A stretch of 64,000 nucleotides of DNA from Candidatus Hydrogenedentota bacterium (GCA_963674865.2 CAXXYE010000008.1:416001-480000), one strand, 5' to 3'. Shown: positions 45,251-55,331, counted from the first letter of the stretch. Made by a program: numbers and translations. The notes: a model not told the origin generated them from the sequence alone.

Positions 45251-45369
45251 CCAAGCCTCGCCGTTCCGGATCGAGGCGAGGAGTGAGGCAGGCCGGGCTC
45301 CTGCCCGTAGGCCGGCAGTACGATCGCTGCTATCGCGCCGGCCATGCCAAGTAAGGTACACTTCCCGGC

Positions 45370-46491
45370 ATGATTAGAATCACATTGAAGCCTGGGGAGG
45401 AGCGGCGTCTCTTGCGCGGCCACCTCTGGGCGTATCGAAATGAGTTGCAGGATGCACCGGCGCTTGACGACGGAAGCCCCGCGGACCTCTACGCCGCCGA
45501 AGGGCGGTTCGTGGGCCGCGGGTTCTATCAGGCCTCCGGGGGCATCGCTGTCCGCATGCTCACACGGCACCAGGAGTCAGTGGATGGATTGTTCCTGCGC
45601 GAGCGGATTGAGCGCGCCCGGCAATTCCGAGATGAGAGGTGCGGCGGTGAGGCATACCGATGGCTGCACGGCGAGAGCGACGGGTTGCCGGGACTCGTGG
45701 CCGACCGGTATGGCGAGGTGGTGTCGGCCCAATCTATGTGCGCGTTCTATACGCCTCATGCCGAAGCCTTGGCGGAGGCCTTCCTGGCGTGTGATGGTGT
45801 GAAGAGCGTACGGCTGGCTATTGCCGGACAGCGCCGCTGGTTCGGAGTGGAAGCAGCCAGTGTGGATGTGGATCTGGACGGACTCCAGATCTCGGTTGAC
45901 GTTGAGCAGGGCCAGAAGACAGGAATGTATCTCGACCAGCGCCGGAATGCCTTCGACCTTAGGCGATACGCACGCGGCGCGCGTGTCCTGGACGGGCACT
46001 GCTACGAGGGGCTCTGGAGTTGCAGCGCGGCCCTTGCCGGAGCGAAGCACGTGCTGGGTGTCGATACTTCCGCGCAGGCCATCGACCATGCGCGCCGCAA
46101 TGTGGAGCGAAATGGCTTTACCGGTGTCTGCACTTTCGAGCGGGGGGATGTCGCCGGCGTACTTGAGCATGCGGATCCCTACGATATCGTGATACTGGAC
46201 CCGCCTCCCCTCGCGAAGTCCCGCAGCCAGAAGGGCAAGGCGCTTACGCTCTACCGTGCGCTCAATAAGGCGGCCATCAAAGCCGTTGCGCCCGGGGGCT
46301 ACCTGATCTCCTCGTCGTGCTCTCACCTCGTAGCGGGCGCGGACTTCCTGGAGGCCCTGAAGCGGGCCGCTCGCTCGGCTCAACGTCAGGCCTGGATTCT
46401 GTCCGTCCAGGGCGCGCCCCCCGATCACCCGGTGCTTATGGCGATGCCCGAGACGAGCTACCTCACCTGCGTAACTCTTCGCGTTTTCTGA
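45370..46491 (+). CDS. rlmI: RlmI-like class I SAM-dependent rRNA methyltransferase
   Basis: PUA-like GHLWAYRNE, HGESDGLPGLVADRYG, GQKTGMYLDQR, ILDPPP, SSCS, PDHP, YL. Confidence 0.82.
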   Translation: MIRITLKPGEERRLLRGHLWAYRNELQDAPALDDGSPADLYAAEGRFVGRGFYQASGGIAVRMLTRHQESVDGLFLRERIERARQFRDERCGGEAYRWLHGESDGLPGLVADRYGEVVSAQSMCAFYTPHAEALAEAFLACDGVKSVRLAIAGQRRWFGVEAASVDVDLDGLQISVDVEQGQKTGMYLDQRRNAFDLRRYARGARVLDGHCYEGLWSCSAALAGAKHVLGVDTSAQAIDHARRNVERNGFTGVCTFERGDVAGVLEHADPYDIVILDPPPLAKSRSQKGKALTLYRALNKAAIKAVAPGGYLISSSCSHLVAGADFLEALKRAARSAQRQAWILSVQGAPPDHPVLMAMPETSYLTCVTLRVF

Positions 46492-46528
46492 GGAAGGCCG
46501 GGAGAACCGTTGGCTCTGAGTGCTTCGA

Positions 46529-47683
46529 TTACTCGGATTCTTCGGGGGGACTTTCGTCGGAGCTTTTCCGGGGGGGGGCTTCGGAGGCGTCTTCCGGCAC
46601 CTCCTTGGCAGGGGGCTCGGTGACCTCCGCCGCGTTTTCGGCGTCGTCGGCGTCGTCGACGTCGTCCGTATCCTGTGCGCCCAGCCCAAGCTCATCGATT
46701 TGCCGCATCACTTCTTCCGTCATCGAAATCGTGGGGAAGTAGCCCGTGGCTCCGCTCTTCGCCGTCTTGTCTTCACCGGTGCTTTCCCCTTCACCGTACA
46801 GGAAGATGGGGAGGGCCTCGAAGCCGTGCGTTTCTCTCACAATGCGGCACAGATCGGCCCCGTTCAGGCCCTTCTGCGTTTCGTTGACAAGCAGCAAGTC
46901 AGGGCGCACCACCCGCATGCGGAAGAAGCCGTCCATGATGCCCGATGCCACAGCCACGTCGTATCCCCTTTGGCCGAGTTCCTGGCGGAGTACCTGAATC
47001 CGTGAGCCGTTCTCTTCGATAAAAAGCACCCGGGGCTCCGTGCGTTCCTCAAGTCGCAGCCGTTCAAGGGTAGTCGAGATGTAGAATTCGATTTCTTGGA
47101 CTACCTCCGCCGCTGCCTGCTGGAACTCGCAGCCGTGCAAGACACCTTCCCCGATGGCCCTGACGCGGCGGACAACGCAAGGAAGGCCGTCTATGATGGC
47201 CCCGTCGGGGAGCTGGAACGAAAGTTGGAGCGTGGTGTCCTCTTCCCGGGCCGTGGGTAGCAGCACGCCGCACCCGCCCGTGCTCAGGTCGCGAACCTGT
47301 CCCTCGGTGGAGGGATTGTCACCGTCGGAAACCGTGCACTTGAGGCCAATAGCTATGCGCTCATGCTTTCGGAACGTCACTACCTCAACGCTCTCAGGCC
47401 AAGACACTTGGCAGTGCGTGTTTGCCCGTTTGCCGCACTCGAGCACTTCGGCGGGGAAGCCGCACGCTTTGCCCTCGTGAATGAAGCGTACGACGCAGGC
47501 CTGGTGGCGCGTGAGTGACGCGTCATCCTCGTCGGACACATCCAGCAGGACGTATGAGCCAGCCAGCCACCCCCTTATGACCGCCTTGAGGCGGGGACCG
47601 TCCTTGATACGGGGCTGGGTATGAAGGATGGCGGGACAACCGACAACGATATGATCTTCAAGCTTGCGCAATTGACTACCCAT
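46529..47683 (-). CDS. YcgR-N-like + PilZ domain protein with degenerate receiver domain and acidic tail
   Basis: FRKHER (RxxxR) and DLSTGG (DxSxxG) c-di-GMP motifs; REC-like VLFIEEN..PDLLLVNET..LNGADLCRIVR..LPIFLY. Confidence 0.82.
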   Translation of the reverse strand: MGSQLRKLEDHIVVGCPAILHTQPRIKDGPRLKAVIRGWLAGSYVLLDVSDEDDASLTRHQACVVRFIHEGKACGFPAEVLECGKRANTHCQVSWPESVEVVTFRKHERIAIGLKCTVSDGDNPSTEGQVRDLSTGGCGVLLPTAREEDTTLQLSFQLPDGAIIDGLPCVVRRVRAIGEGVLHGCEFQQAAAEVVQEIEFYISTTLERLRLEERTEPRVLFIEENGSRIQVLRQELGQRGYDVAVASGIMDGFFRMRVVRPDLLLVNETQKGLNGADLCRIVRETHGFEALPIFLYGEGESTGEDKTAKSGATGYFPTISMTEEVMRQIDELGLGAQDTDDVDDADDAENAAEVTEPPAKEVPEDASEAPPRKSSDESPPEESE

Positions 47684-47726
47684 ACTTTCGCAGCCCGTCT
47701 GGGCGAATTCCCCCTACCAGCTCACA

Positions 47727-47755
47727 AGCCTAGCACGAACAGCAGGTAACTGCAA
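47727..47755 (-). promoter_or_regulatory. sigma70 promoter candidate for the PilZ gene
   Basis: Minus strand TTGCAG-17 nt-TAGGCT with TGn extended -10. Confidence 0.5.
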
Positions 47756-47969
47756 GAGCTCCCGTGCCCGCCGCAACTATGCCGCGCGGCAAGTCATTGG
47801 AAACAAAGACAGTGTGGAAATGGCTGGTCTCACCCATCCGGCGGGTCGTTTTCGGAAGATGACCACGCCTCCAGATGGCACTGCTGAGTTATCCGGCAAT
47901 TGCCTGAGAACCTGACGCTTCAGGCTCGCGCGTTGGTGACCTCGACCACGGGCGAGCGGCGTGACGAAC

Positions 47970-47999
47970 TTGACTTGAAAAAGCGATATCTTGTATTGT
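47970..47999 (+). promoter_or_regulatory. sigma70 promoter of the tRNA-Phe/Thr pair
   Basis: TTGACT-18 nt-TATTGT followed by a GC-rich discriminator, 11 nt before tRNA-Phe. Confidence 0.6.
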
Positions 48000-48010
48000 T
48001 GCGCCGCTGT

Positions 48011-48086
48011 GCCGAGGTAGCTCAGTTGGTAGAGCACCGGACTGAAAATCCGGGTGTCGGCAGTTCAATTCTGCCCCTCGGCACCA
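48011..48086 (+). tRNA. tRNA-Phe(GAA)
   Basis: GCCGAGG acceptor stem, anticodon arm CCGGA-CTGAAAA-TCCGG, GTTCAATT T-loop, CCA end. Confidence 0.97.
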
Positions 48087-48091
48087 TTATT

Positions 48092-48167
48092 GCTGGAGTA
48101 GCTCAGTCGGTAGAGCACATCACTCGTAATGATGGGGTCAGGGGTTCGATTCCCCTCTCCAGCTCCA
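48092..48167 (+). tRNA. tRNA-Thr(CGT)
   Basis: GCTGGAG acceptor stem, anticodon arm CATCA-CTCGTAA-TGATG, GTTCGATT T-loop, CCA end. Confidence 0.97.
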
Positions 48168-48309
48168 TTTTGCCATCGTGCATCGCTGCGCGGACGGGTT
48201 GTGGAGTCTCTCCTGCTTTCCCTAGGGGGGCGAAGATCTGGGCGTGCGCCCGTAGGGATATCGCGCGGTGGGTCTTGCTGAAGATAAGGGCACAGCGTCA
48301 CGGAGGACG

Positions 48310-48888
48310 ATGGAAACCAAGCAGTCGTTCAGCACCTCGGAAGTCGCCAAGTACTGCCATGTCACCGCGGACACCATCCGCAAGTGGGCTGAGGCGGGGC
48401 GGATCCGTGTGTTCAAAACTCCCGGCGGACATCGGAGAATTCGGCGAGAGGACCTGCTGCAATTCCTTCGTGACAACGGTATCCCAATCCATGCCGACCT
48501 GGAGAACGCAGGAGTGTCGGTGCTGATCGTGGACGATGAGAAGGCCGTTGTCTCGGTGATTCGCCGCTTTCTCGAACGCTCCAGCACGCCGTTTCGGGTC
48601 GAGGTTGCCATGGACGGCTACGACGCGGGGCATCAGGTGGCCTCCTTCAAGCCCGACATCGTCTTTCTAGATCTCCGCCTTCCGGGCGTCGATGGATTCG
48701 AGGTATGCCGCCGCATCAAATCGGCTCCCGAACACGCCAAGACGCGCGTGATCGCCATGACGGGGTATTACGATGGCGAGGCGGCCAACCGCGTGATCGC
48801 GCTGGGCGCCGCGATGTGCCTTCGTAAACCGCTTACTCCAGACGACTTGCGCAAGGCCATGGCAAAGGTCGGGGTCGAAGTGCATTAG
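48310..48888 (+). CDS. excisionase/MerR-like HTH_17 domain fused to a response-regulator receiver
   Basis: FSTSEVAKYCHVTADTIRKWAEAGRI..KTPGGHRRI; VLIVDDE, PDIVFLDLRLPGVDG, AMTG, RKP; GGAGG SD before ATG 48310. Confidence 0.9.
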   Translation: METKQSFSTSEVAKYCHVTADTIRKWAEAGRIRVFKTPGGHRRIRREDLLQFLRDNGIPIHADLENAGVSVLIVDDEKAVVSVIRRFLERSSTPFRVEVAMDGYDAGHQVASFKPDIVFLDLRLPGVDGFEVCRRIKSAPEHAKTRVIAMTGYYDGEAANRVIALGAAMCLRKPLTPDDLRKAMAKVGVEVH

Positions 48889-48903
48889 CTCCCCGCCGTT
48901 ATG

Positions 48904-48929
48904 CGGCCCCGAGGGGGCCGTCCTTCCTT
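48904..48929 (+). terminator. possible intrinsic terminator
   Basis: CGGCCCC-GAG-GGGGCCG hairpin followed by TCCTTCCTT after the response regulator stop; U-tract is weak. Confidence 0.4.
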
Positions 48930-48980
48930 GTCCGAGAACCTTCTCCTGAGAGGAGGCGTGTCGGTTACATCCGCGTTCGC

Positions 48981-49009
48981 TTGACAGGAGCGGCAGGGTC
49001 TGGTATATT
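48981..49009 (+). promoter_or_regulatory. sigma70 promoter of dnaG-rpoD
   Basis: TTGACA-17 nt-TATATT with TGn extended -10. Confidence 0.85.
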
Positions 49010-49141
49010 TTGTCAGATTTGACAGGTCGGCGGGTAGGTTTGTCTTAACGCAGCCGTTCTGCGGCGTAACCCACTGTTGCCAAAGGGTTTATGTGCTCCC
49101 GAGTAAACCGGCCTCGGAGCGTGTCTACCGCAAAGGGTTAG

Positions 49142-50905
49142 ATGGTTCCATTGCCGAAGTATTCCCGAGAGATTGTTGCGGAAGTCCTTGCCGCAAACGA
49201 CATTGTCGAGGTGATTGGGGCCCAACTTGAATTGAAGCCCTCGGGCGCGGGGCGTTTGAAGGCGCTGTGCCCCTTTCATCCGGAGAAGACGCCCTCGTTT
49301 TCCGTCAACCGCGAGAGGCAGATGTTCTATTGTTTCGGCTGCCAGAAGAGCGGTGACGCCATCACGTTCTTGTGCGAATATGAGGGACTTACCTTCGTGC
49401 AGGCATTGCAGAAACTTGCCGAGCACGCAGGCATCCGACTGCCCGCTTTCACCGCCCGAGATGACGCCGAGGAATACCGCCGCAAGCAGCTTCTGGAGCT
49501 GGGCAAGTTTGCGGCCGGCTTCTACCAAGAGACCTTGGACGACCCGCTTCGGGGCGGCGAAGCGCGGCGATACCTGAAGACGCGTACGCTCGAGCCCGAA
49601 ACCGTCACGCGGTTCGGCCTGGGCTATGCCCCCGACGATTGGTCCGCGTTAACCGATGCCGCCCGGCGCAAGGGCTTCAACGATGCCATACTCGAGGCTT
49701 CGGGCTTGGCGAAGCGCGGCAAGAGCGGCGGGCTATACGACTTGCTTCGGCACCGCGTTGTATTTCCGATTCGGGATGTTTCGGGCAACACGGTGGCTTT
49801 CGGCGGCAGGGACTTGGGCTCCGGTGAGGTGAAATACATCAACTCGCCCGAGACGTTGGTATACACGAAGGGCCGGGTGCTCTACGGGCTTGATGAGGCC
49901 CGGAATGCTATGCGCAAACAGAAGCGCGCCATTCTCGTTGAAGGCTACTTCGATTTGCTCCGTTGCTTCGATGCCGGGATCGAGAATGTCGTGGCGTCAT
50001 GCGGTACGGCGCTGACATCCCAGCAAGCTGCGCTGGTACGGCGCTACGTGCCGGAAGTGGTGGTTGTGTTCGACGGAGATCCCGCGGGCGTTCGTGCGGC
50101 CCTGCGGGGGGTGGCCACACTGAAGGCCGCGGGACTGAATGTGAGGGCCGTGGTCTTGCCTGACGGCAAAGACCCGGATGAGTTCGTTAGCGCTGAGGGA
50201 AAAGATGCCTTTCAGGCGCTTGTGGACGCGGCCCCCGACTTCGTGAGTTTTTATGTCAAGAGCAATGAGGAGCGGGCGCGCACCGTGGAAGGCCGCACGG
50301 CCGTTGCCAAGGAGATTTTCACGATCCTCAGGGCCATCGATGACCTCGTTCGGCGAGATGAATACCTGAAGCGGACGGCCCGGGAGCTTGGCCTCCAGGA
50401 ACACATTGTCCGCTCTGAATTCGCCCGGACTGCGAAGGTTGACTCATCCTCGAAGTTGCCAAAGGAGGCGGTTGAGGCCGAGAAGAAGGCGTTTTCCAAG
50501 GACGACGCCGAGTTTATCTCGGTGTTGCTTAACAGCGAGCCGCTTTTCGACCAGGTCCGCGACGCATTGGGAGGCTATACGCTGCGGCCGGGGCCGGTTG
50601 AGCATCTTCTAGGCGTTCTTCTTGATGCCCAGGACACGCACGCTCCCCAGCTGCCTGATGACCCGGACGTTCGACGTCTCTACGCCCTGGCGTCGAACCA
50701 GGCCCCCGTTGAGCCTGAGAAGGCCGAGGCGCTTGCCAACAAGCGCGTGGCGAGCCTTCTGAAAGAAACACTCAAGGCCCAGGCCCAGCGTGTTCAAGGG
50801 GCGATTGAGGATGCCCAGCGCCGTAAGGACTTGAAAGAGGCCACACGGCTCCTCGCGGAGAAGATGAGCATAAGCCAACAAATTGAGCAGATTGGCGCTG
50901 CCTGA
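49142..50905 (+). CDS. dnaG: DNA primase
   Basis: CPFHPEKTPSF..CFGC zinc finger, KYINSPET, VEGYFD, FDGDPAG, KDPDE. Start may be TTG 49151. Confidence 0.97.
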   Translation: MVPLPKYSREIVAEVLAANDIVEVIGAQLELKPSGAGRLKALCPFHPEKTPSFSVNRERQMFYCFGCQKSGDAITFLCEYEGLTFVQALQKLAEHAGIRLPAFTARDDAEEYRRKQLLELGKFAAGFYQETLDDPLRGGEARRYLKTRTLEPETVTRFGLGYAPDDWSALTDAARRKGFNDAILEASGLAKRGKSGGLYDLLRHRVVFPIRDVSGNTVAFGGRDLGSGEVKYINSPETLVYTKGRVLYGLDEARNAMRKQKRAILVEGYFDLLRCFDAGIENVVASCGTALTSQQAALVRRYVPEVVVVFDGDPAGVRAALRGVATLKAAGLNVRAVVLPDGKDPDEFVSAEGKDAFQALVDAAPDFVSFYVKSNEERARTVEGRTAVAKEIFTILRAIDDLVRRDEYLKRTARELGLQEHIVRSEFARTAKVDSSSKLPKEAVEAEKKAFSKDDAEFISVLLNSEPLFDQVRDALGGYTLRPGPVEHLLGVLLDAQDTHAPQLPDDPDVRRLYALASNQAPVEPEKAEALANKRVASLLKETLKAQAQRVQGAIEDAQRRKDLKEATRLLAEKMSISQQIEQIGAA

Positions 50906-50963
50906 GGGCGGCCCGTTCAACTGACATAGACATCACATTGGAACAAGTTAGGCAGAGGCAAAC

Positions 50964-52727
50964 ATGGCAGTAGGCACGAAGAACAAATCAAGACTTGACG
51001 AAGCGGGCAAGCAGAAGGTCTTGGAGCTTGCCAAGGAAAAGGGCAAACTCAGCTATGACGAGCTAAACGATATCTTGCCCGCAGACGCCACTTCGGAAGA
51101 AATCGACGAAGTGATGGTGACTCTCAGCGACATGGATGTCGATGTTGTTGATGAGTTCCGCGTGGACGCCGAAACTCAGCAGATACAGCAGCAGCAGGAG
51201 CATCTGGCCCGAAAGGCGCAAATCCGGAAAGAGGCCGCGCAGACCCGCCTTGAACGCGCCGATGACCCTGTCCGCATGTATCTTCGCGAAATGGGGCGCG
51301 TGCCGCTTCTCACCAAGGATCAGGAGGTGGCCATTGCCAAGCGGATTGAGGCCGCCGAATTCGAACTCCGCGACCTGCTGTTGAACACGCCGTACACGCT
51401 CAAAGAGATCCAGATGCTCGCGGCTCGCATCCTGGCGGGGCGACTCAACTTTGCCCAAGTCACCGATATCGAGGAGCCCAAGGACCAAGGGGCCTTCGTC
51501 AAACGCCTGCCGGAACTCATGGAGAAGCTCGGTGAACTTGAGCGTCTGATCGAGGTCCAGGAGAAGCGCGGGCGCCGCTCCGGCCTTTCGGAGAAGAGTC
51601 GCCACAATATCGTGAGTCGTATTCGGGAGCTGAGGGCGGGGCAGGCCGATGTTATCCGCGAGTTCCAGCTCAAGTCCAAGGAGATCATGAAGATCGCCCG
51701 GAAGATCAAGGGCCTCAAACGCCGCATTGCGGCGGCGCGGGACGAGATTGATCGGGCGGAGCGCGAAGTGGGCTTCTCCGACAAGGATATCCACGCGATG
51801 GCCGTGAAGCTGCGTCGTACGGCGTCGGCCGCGAAGACGCTGGGAGTGGACAGGGACATGATCCTGGACGCCGAACGCCGCCTGCTCGCCGCGCAGCGGA
51901 GGATCGATCAGATCGAGTCTGACGCGCGTCTCGATGCGGATCAAATCACCGTGCTCATCGACGAGATCAAGGAAAAGGAAGAAAAGATCTACAAGGCTAA
52001 GATGGAACTCGTCGAGGCCAATCTCCGGCTCGTTGTCAGTATCGGCAAGAAGTACACAAACCGGGGCATGTCCTTCCTTGACCTCATCCAGGAAGGCAAT
52101 ATCGGCCTGATGAAGGCCGTCGATAAGTTCGAGTACCAGCGCGGGTACAAATTCAGCACGTACGCCACTTGGTGGATCCGCCAAGCGATTACCCGCTCCA
52201 TTGCCGATCAGGCGCGGACGATCCGTATCCCCGTGCACATGATCGAATCCATCAACAAGCTCTTGCGCACCAGCCGGCGCCTCGTCCAGGAGTTGGGCCG
52301 TGAGCCGGCCCCTGAAGAAATAGCCGAAGAGATGCAGATGTCTGCCGATAAGGTTCGGAGCATCCTGAAGATCGCTCAAGAGGCGATCAGTCTCGAGACG
52401 CCCGTCGGCGATGACGGGGACAGCAGCTTCGGCGACTTCATCGAGGATAAGAGCGCGGAATGTCCGGCCAATTCGACGGCTTTCAGCGTGTTTCAGGAGA
52501 AACTCGACGATGTGCTCAGTTCCTTGACCGAACGCGAAGAGAAAGTTCTCCGGCTTCGATTCGGCCTTGGCGATGGATATCCGCGCACGCTCGAGGAGGT
52601 CGGAAGCGTTTTCAACGTGACGAGGGAGCGCGTACGCCAGATAGAGGCCAAAGCGCTTCGCAAGATGCGCCACCCCACGCGTTCGCGCGAACTGAAGTCC
52701 TTTGTCGAATGGAGCCTCAAGCAGTAA
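50964..52727 (+). CDS. rpoD: RNA polymerase primary sigma factor
   Basis: Region 1.1, [68 protein letters not shown]. Confidence 0.98.
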   Translation: MAVGTKNKSRLDEAGKQKVLELAKEKGKLSYDELNDILPADATSEEIDEVMVTLSDMDVDVVDEFRVDAETQQIQQQQEHLARKAQIRKEAAQTRLERADDPVRMYLREMGRVPLLTKDQEVAIAKRIEAAEFELRDLLLNTPYTLKEIQMLAARILAGRLNFAQVTDIEEPKDQGAFVKRLPELMEKLGELERLIEVQEKRGRRSGLSEKSRHNIVSRIRELRAGQADVIREFQLKSKEIMKIARKIKGLKRRIAAARDEIDRAEREVGFSDKDIHAMAVKLRRTASAAKTLGVDRDMILDAERRLLAAQRRIDQIESDARLDADQITVLIDEIKEKEEKIYKAKMELVEANLRLVVSIGKKYTNRGMSFLDLIQEGNIGLMKAVDKFEYQRGYKFSTYATWWIRQAITRSIADQARTIRIPVHMIESINKLLRTSRRLVQELGREPAPEEIAEEMQMSADKVRSILKIAQEAISLETPVGDDGDSSFGDFIEDKSAECPANSTAFSVFQEKLDDVLSSLTEREEKVLRLRFGLGDGYPRTLEEVGSVFNVTRERVRQIEAKALRKMRHPTRSRELKSFVEWSLKQ

Positions 52728-52756
52728 TGCCTGGGGGCTCGCCCCGCCCGCCTCGT

Positions 52757-52831
52757 GGGCCCGTAGCTCAGCGGTAGAGCCGCTGACTCATAATCAGTTG
52801 GTCGCAGGTTCGAATCCTGCCGGGCCCACCA
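52757..52831 (+). tRNA. tRNA with CAT anticodon, most likely tRNA-Ile2 (lysidine)
   Basis: Acceptor GGGCCCG/CGGGCCC-A-CCA with C4:G69 and C5:G68, anticodon arm GCTGA-CTCATAA-TCAGT, no initiator features, located after rpoD. Confidence 0.85.
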
Positions 52832-53087
52832 TCTTTTCAATGGAAACTGCGCAAAGCCACGTGTAAGCCATTCCGCACGCATGTCACACGTCGGGGAACT
52901 CGGACTCCGCGAAAAAGGCAGGATTCCGGCGTATTCATTGAAGTCCGCCCCATGACTCTGCTCAAATGCCGGGTACACAAGCTCATGAGCGTGGCGGGGC
53001 GCCATGCTCCACGAGTCCTGCGGGCATCAGGCGCAGTCCCTATCAAGCAGGACTCACGCTGCATTCACCAGTGAGGAGGTGCGATTC

Positions 53088-55331
53088 ATGGACGGAGGAT
53101 TGATGTCGGTATTGGCGGTGGCTTTGGGCTTCTCTATGGGGGCCGGCCCGCCGATCGCGGATGATTGGCTCACCGCCCCCGGTGTGTCTTTCGAGACGTA
53201 TCTTGTGCGCTGGTGGGGAGCACCGGGCTCGGAGATGACGCGGCCCATTCACCGTATCGCGCGCTTCGACAATGACAGATTCCAGTTGCATTACGGGATT
53301 GTGCCTGGACGAGATCTCGCCGACTACACCATGCCTTACTCACCCATCCGAAGTGTCTTATCCTTCGTCGACTCGCCCGCTGAACTGGCGCAGCAAGTGG
53401 AAATCACTTACACCGACGCCGACGGGGAGCACAGCATCGGATTCACGCCTCGCAGTGGCGTCGAGTTGGCGCCATCCGGCGATGCGCTCGCCGTGAAGAT
53501 CTCTAACCGCAGCATTGCAGCGCCCGAGGATATCACCACGGTTGGGGACGACTCCTACGAAGAGGACAATCCACTATCCATTGAGGAGGTGTTCGTACTC
53601 CGTAAGGGGGAGGGGAATGTGCCTATCCACGCCCGCTTGCGTAACGCGGGAGACGCCGAGCTGCGCGATGTCACCGTTACCTTCGTGTTCGAGGAGTCCT
53701 TTTCCTGGAGCCGGTTCGGGGCGGCGGAAGAAAACACGTACGTGGCTTTGCAGGCGCCTGCTTCCGGCGAAGCACGCGCATTCTACGCCTTTTCCGAGGG
53801 AATGAACCGCGGTTACGCGCTCGCCGCGGGCAGCGGAACCACCCTCACCTATGAGGTGACGCCGGAGATGAATCGTTGGCGCGTGGCCATTTCGTGCGAG
53901 GCTGGCACGCTTCCCCCGTCTTCGACAAAGACGTTTGAGTGCGCGCTTCAAGTGTTGGACGCAGTTCCGGAACACGTTGAAGCAGGCCTACCGAAAGATG
54001 ACATTTGGGCGCTCGACTACAGGCGCTTTCAAGCGACAGGCCTCAAGACTGCGCCGGTATCTCGCGAGCGGCGCGTCAGCATCGATGATCTTGCCGCGGA
54101 TCTGAGTCGGCCCAAGGTGCGCGGACTGAACCTGCGCGCCGGTTTCCCGGAGGCCCTGGCCGATTTGGAAACGCTCAAAGATTGGGGATGCAACCTTGTT
54201 ATCGCCAATCTCGGCGATCCTGAGGATACCGCGAAGTACATCGCGCGCGGCCATGCCCTTGGCATGGAGATGCTGCTGGCCGGGCACGGCCATTTCAGCG
54301 ATGGCTCGCCTGACTTCAGCACGTATTATGAGACGCCGCGCACGCAGGAGCAGATTCCCGATGCTCACGGCCAGGATGAGGACCACTATTATTGGCGTGG
54401 GGTCGAGCCAAAATGTGAATTCCCGGATGAATTCGGCAAGTCCATGAGTCAAGCCACGCACGACGAGGAGGTGGACTACTGGGCGCGGTGTTTTTGCGCC
54501 AAATGGCGCGGCGTGCGGGACGCCCTGAAGTCTCATGCCCCCGACGTGGGCATGTGGTTCTATGCGCCATTCCCGAGTGTGGCGCATGTCGAGCCTGTAG
54601 ACAGCTATGACCTTTTCATGGGGGCGATCGTGCAAGGACTCGGAGATGTTTTGACGGTGTTCCCATTTCACTACGGGATTGAATACAACCAGTGCGAGTA
54701 CATGATGCGCCGGTGGAAGGACTGCGGGGCGAAGCGTGCGGTGTTCCTGCCTATGCGCGATTTCATGACGCGGCCGACGCAGTTCATTCGCGCTATCACG
54801 GCGGCCCGGCGCGGGGGCGCCGATGGCGCATGCGGCTTCAACTTCGGCATCAGCGACGCGACGCCGGAGAATCAATGGCAATGGAAGGCGGTAATGCTCG
54901 GCGCATGGGCGAATTTCCCAACGCCCGACTTGAGCGCCTATTGCCTGATGGAAAAGCCTGCGGAACTTGTCGAGGCATTGGCCCAGCCCGGCTTGGTGGT
55001 TCACGTGGTTACCGAGGCGGACGGTTTCGATGGAGAGGTGCAACTTGCCGCGCTTTCGGAGGCGCTCCCTGGCGTGCGCCTCTCGTCTACTCCGTCGAAG
55101 GATGATGGACTGACCATTTTGCTTACCGATAAGCGTTCGGGCGAGGCAGAAGGAGGTGGGGCGGTGATTTCCGACGCTCTATGGAGTGATCACAAGGGCA
55201 TTGTCCAAATGCAAGAGAGGACGGTGCGTCTGTCCGGAGCGGATGCTACGGCCTTGCGCAGTGCCTGCGATCTTCTGCTGCGTTTTGCCGACGTCGCACG
55301 TGACGAACGCAAGGCACTGGAGTCTAACTAA
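53088..55331 (+). CDS. hypothetical secreted protein, beta-rich N-terminus plus possible TIM-barrel (glycoside hydrolase-like) domain
   Basis: GAGGAGG SD, signal-like N-terminus; VRGLNL..LETLKDWGCNLVI..HALGMEMLL pattern suggests a beta/alpha barrel; no family recognised. Confidence 0.6.
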   Translation: MDGGLMSVLAVALGFSMGAGPPIADDWLTAPGVSFETYLVRWWGAPGSEMTRPIHRIARFDNDRFQLHYGIVPGRDLADYTMPYSPIRSVLSFVDSPAELAQQVEITYTDADGEHSIGFTPRSGVELAPSGDALAVKISNRSIAAPEDITTVGDDSYEEDNPLSIEEVFVLRKGEGNVPIHARLRNAGDAELRDVTVTFVFEESFSWSRFGAAEENTYVALQAPASGEARAFYAFSEGMNRGYALAAGSGTTLTYEVTPEMNRWRVAISCEAGTLPPSSTKTFECALQVLDAVPEHVEAGLPKDDIWALDYRRFQATGLKTAPVSRERRVSIDDLAADLSRPKVRGLNLRAGFPEALADLETLKDWGCNLVIANLGDPEDTAKYIARGHALGMEMLLAGHGHFSDGSPDFSTYYETPRTQEQIPDAHGQDEDHYYWRGVEPKCEFPDEFGKSMSQATHDEEVDYWARCFCAKWRGVRDALKSHAPDVGMWFYAPFPSVAHVEPVDSYDLFMGAIVQGLGDVLTVFPFHYGIEYNQCEYMMRRWKDCGAKRAVFLPMRDFMTRPTQFIRAITAARRGGADGACGFNFGISDATPENQWQWKAVMLGAWANFPTPDLSAYCLMEKPAELVEALAQPGLVVHVVTEADGFDGEVQLAALSEALPGVRLSSTPSKDDGLTILLTDKRSGEAEGGGAVISDALWSDHKGIVQMQERTVRLSGADATALRSACDLLLRFADVARDERKALESN

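Noticed and set aside
48011..48888. tRNAs followed by an excisionase-like gene as a prophage or ICE boundary
   Set aside because: The HTH is fused to a receiver domain; no integrase or duplicated tRNA 3' end was seen, and dnaG follows directly.
51063..52673. 536-aa minus-strand ORF and many similar long antisense ORFs (e.g. 1200..2243, 8852..9952, 31786..33147, 45577..46695)
   Set aside because: They mirror well-supported genes on the other strand, as expected from high-GC codon bias.
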